Shown here piece by piece: positions 63,235-64,000 of a stretch of DNA of 64,000 nucleotides. A program made the position numbers and the translations under genes. This DNA is from an uncultured cyanobacterium (GTDB taxonomy: Bacteria > Cyanobacteriota > Cyanobacteriia > Cyanobacteriales > Cyanobacteriaceae): the NCBI GenBank assembly GCA_963710605.1, contig CAVQBA010000004.1, positions 512,001 through 576,000 of the forward strand, read 5' to 3'. Position 1 is the first letter of the stretch. Every line of letters starts with the position of its first letter. The notes beneath the pieces are model-generated. The model was given only the letters and a program-made list of their open reading frames with translations, searched no databases and had not been told where the DNA came from.

Positions 63235-64000
63235 ATGGCTACAAACAAAATAAATAAAACCGAAATAAATTTAGAAGATAATTTCCTACATACTTCTTCA
63301 ACTAATAAGAACAAATTTAATAAACTTATTTATCTAATTTTAATTTTAGCGGGGATTGTTGGGTATATTTCAATCGATCGTTTTAATTTATTTTCATCAT
63401 CCGCATTACCAGAATCTCCAGTTGAAGAAAAAGTAGAACAAGCAAAAGCCTTAACTGTTTCAACGATCGAGATCGAACCAGTTAATTCTTATCAAGTATC
63501 TCGTAGCTATACAGGAGAAATAGCCGCAATTAGGACAAGTGAATTAGGATTTTCTCGTGGTGGAGAGCTAATCCAAATTTTAGTTAGTGAAGGCGATCGT
63601 ATTTCTCAAGGTACAATTGTCGCTCTTTTAGATACAAGAGAATTAAAAGCCCAACGTCAGCAATTAGTAGCTGAAAAAGTAGGCGAAAACGCTCGTTTAG
63701 CAGAGTTAAAAACAGGGGCAAGAATTGAAGATATTGATGCGGCAAGAGCAGATGTCAGAGATTTAGAGCAACAATTAAAGTTACAACAAAAACAAAGAGA
63801 AAGAAGAGAATTTTTGTATAACGAAGGGGCAATTTCAAGAGAAGAATTAGACGAATTTTCTTTTGGAGAAGGAGCATTAAACGCAAGACTAGCTAAAGCT
63901 AAAAGTGTCTTAGCTGAATTAAATAACGGTACACGCCCAGAAAAAATCGCCGCTCAACAAGCAGTAATCGATCGATTGAATGCCCGAATTGCCGAAATAG
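63235..64000 (+). CDS. RND efflux periplasmic adaptor (HlyD-type), 3' truncated by window
   Basis: ATG 63235; TM, SYTGEI..SELGFSRGG..VSEGDRISQG..LALLD-like lipoyl motif, long helical hairpin, EGAISREELD. Confidence 0.9.
   Translation, partial: MATNKINKTEINLEDNFLHTSSTNKNKFNKLIYLILILAGIVGYISIDRFNLFSSSALPESPVEEKVEQAKALTVSTIEIEPVNSYQVSRSYTGEIAAIRTSELGFSRGGELIQILVSEGDRISQGTIVALLDTRELKAQRQQLVAEKVGENARLAELKTGARIEDIDAARADVRDLEQQLKLQQKQRERREFLYNEGAISREELDEFSFGEGALNARLAKAKSVLAELNNGTRPEKIAAQQAVIDRLNARIAEI

Overview
Low-GC cyanobacterial chromosome segment. CGATCG/HIP1-type sites are very frequent, heptamer tandem repeats are common, and psb29, bicA and cyAbrB are present; it looks Cyanobacterium/Geminocystis-like (inference). 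Most of the window is housekeeping or conserved cyanobacterial genes (guaA, moaA, tRNA-Val, rsmE, psb29, serS, fabG, ftsW-like, ispG, two-component and c-di-GMP genes). The standout is a 12.4-kb co-oriented accessory locus at 19602-31999. It encodes a 4-TM protein, a divergent tubulin/FtsZ-like GTPase, a ~1100-aa protein with an actin/Hsp70-fold ATPase domain, and six mosaic paralogues. The paralogues carry seven copies of one unnamed domain, fused to Zn-ribbon, lipoprotein/TM or tail-anchor modules. The locus has a +1 frameshift and three in-frame TGA codons sharing the context AAATA(G/T)CGATTGA, which could be decay, recoding or a methylation-linked sequencing artefact. The window also has several tiny insertion elements: a 20-bp insertion duplicating CGATCG that splits a gene, an in-frame 54-bp hairpin insertion in guaA, and nested intergenic palindromes. 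An unlisted 47-aa ORF lies behind a perfect NtcA box. All family calls come from motif recognition by eye; no searches were run.
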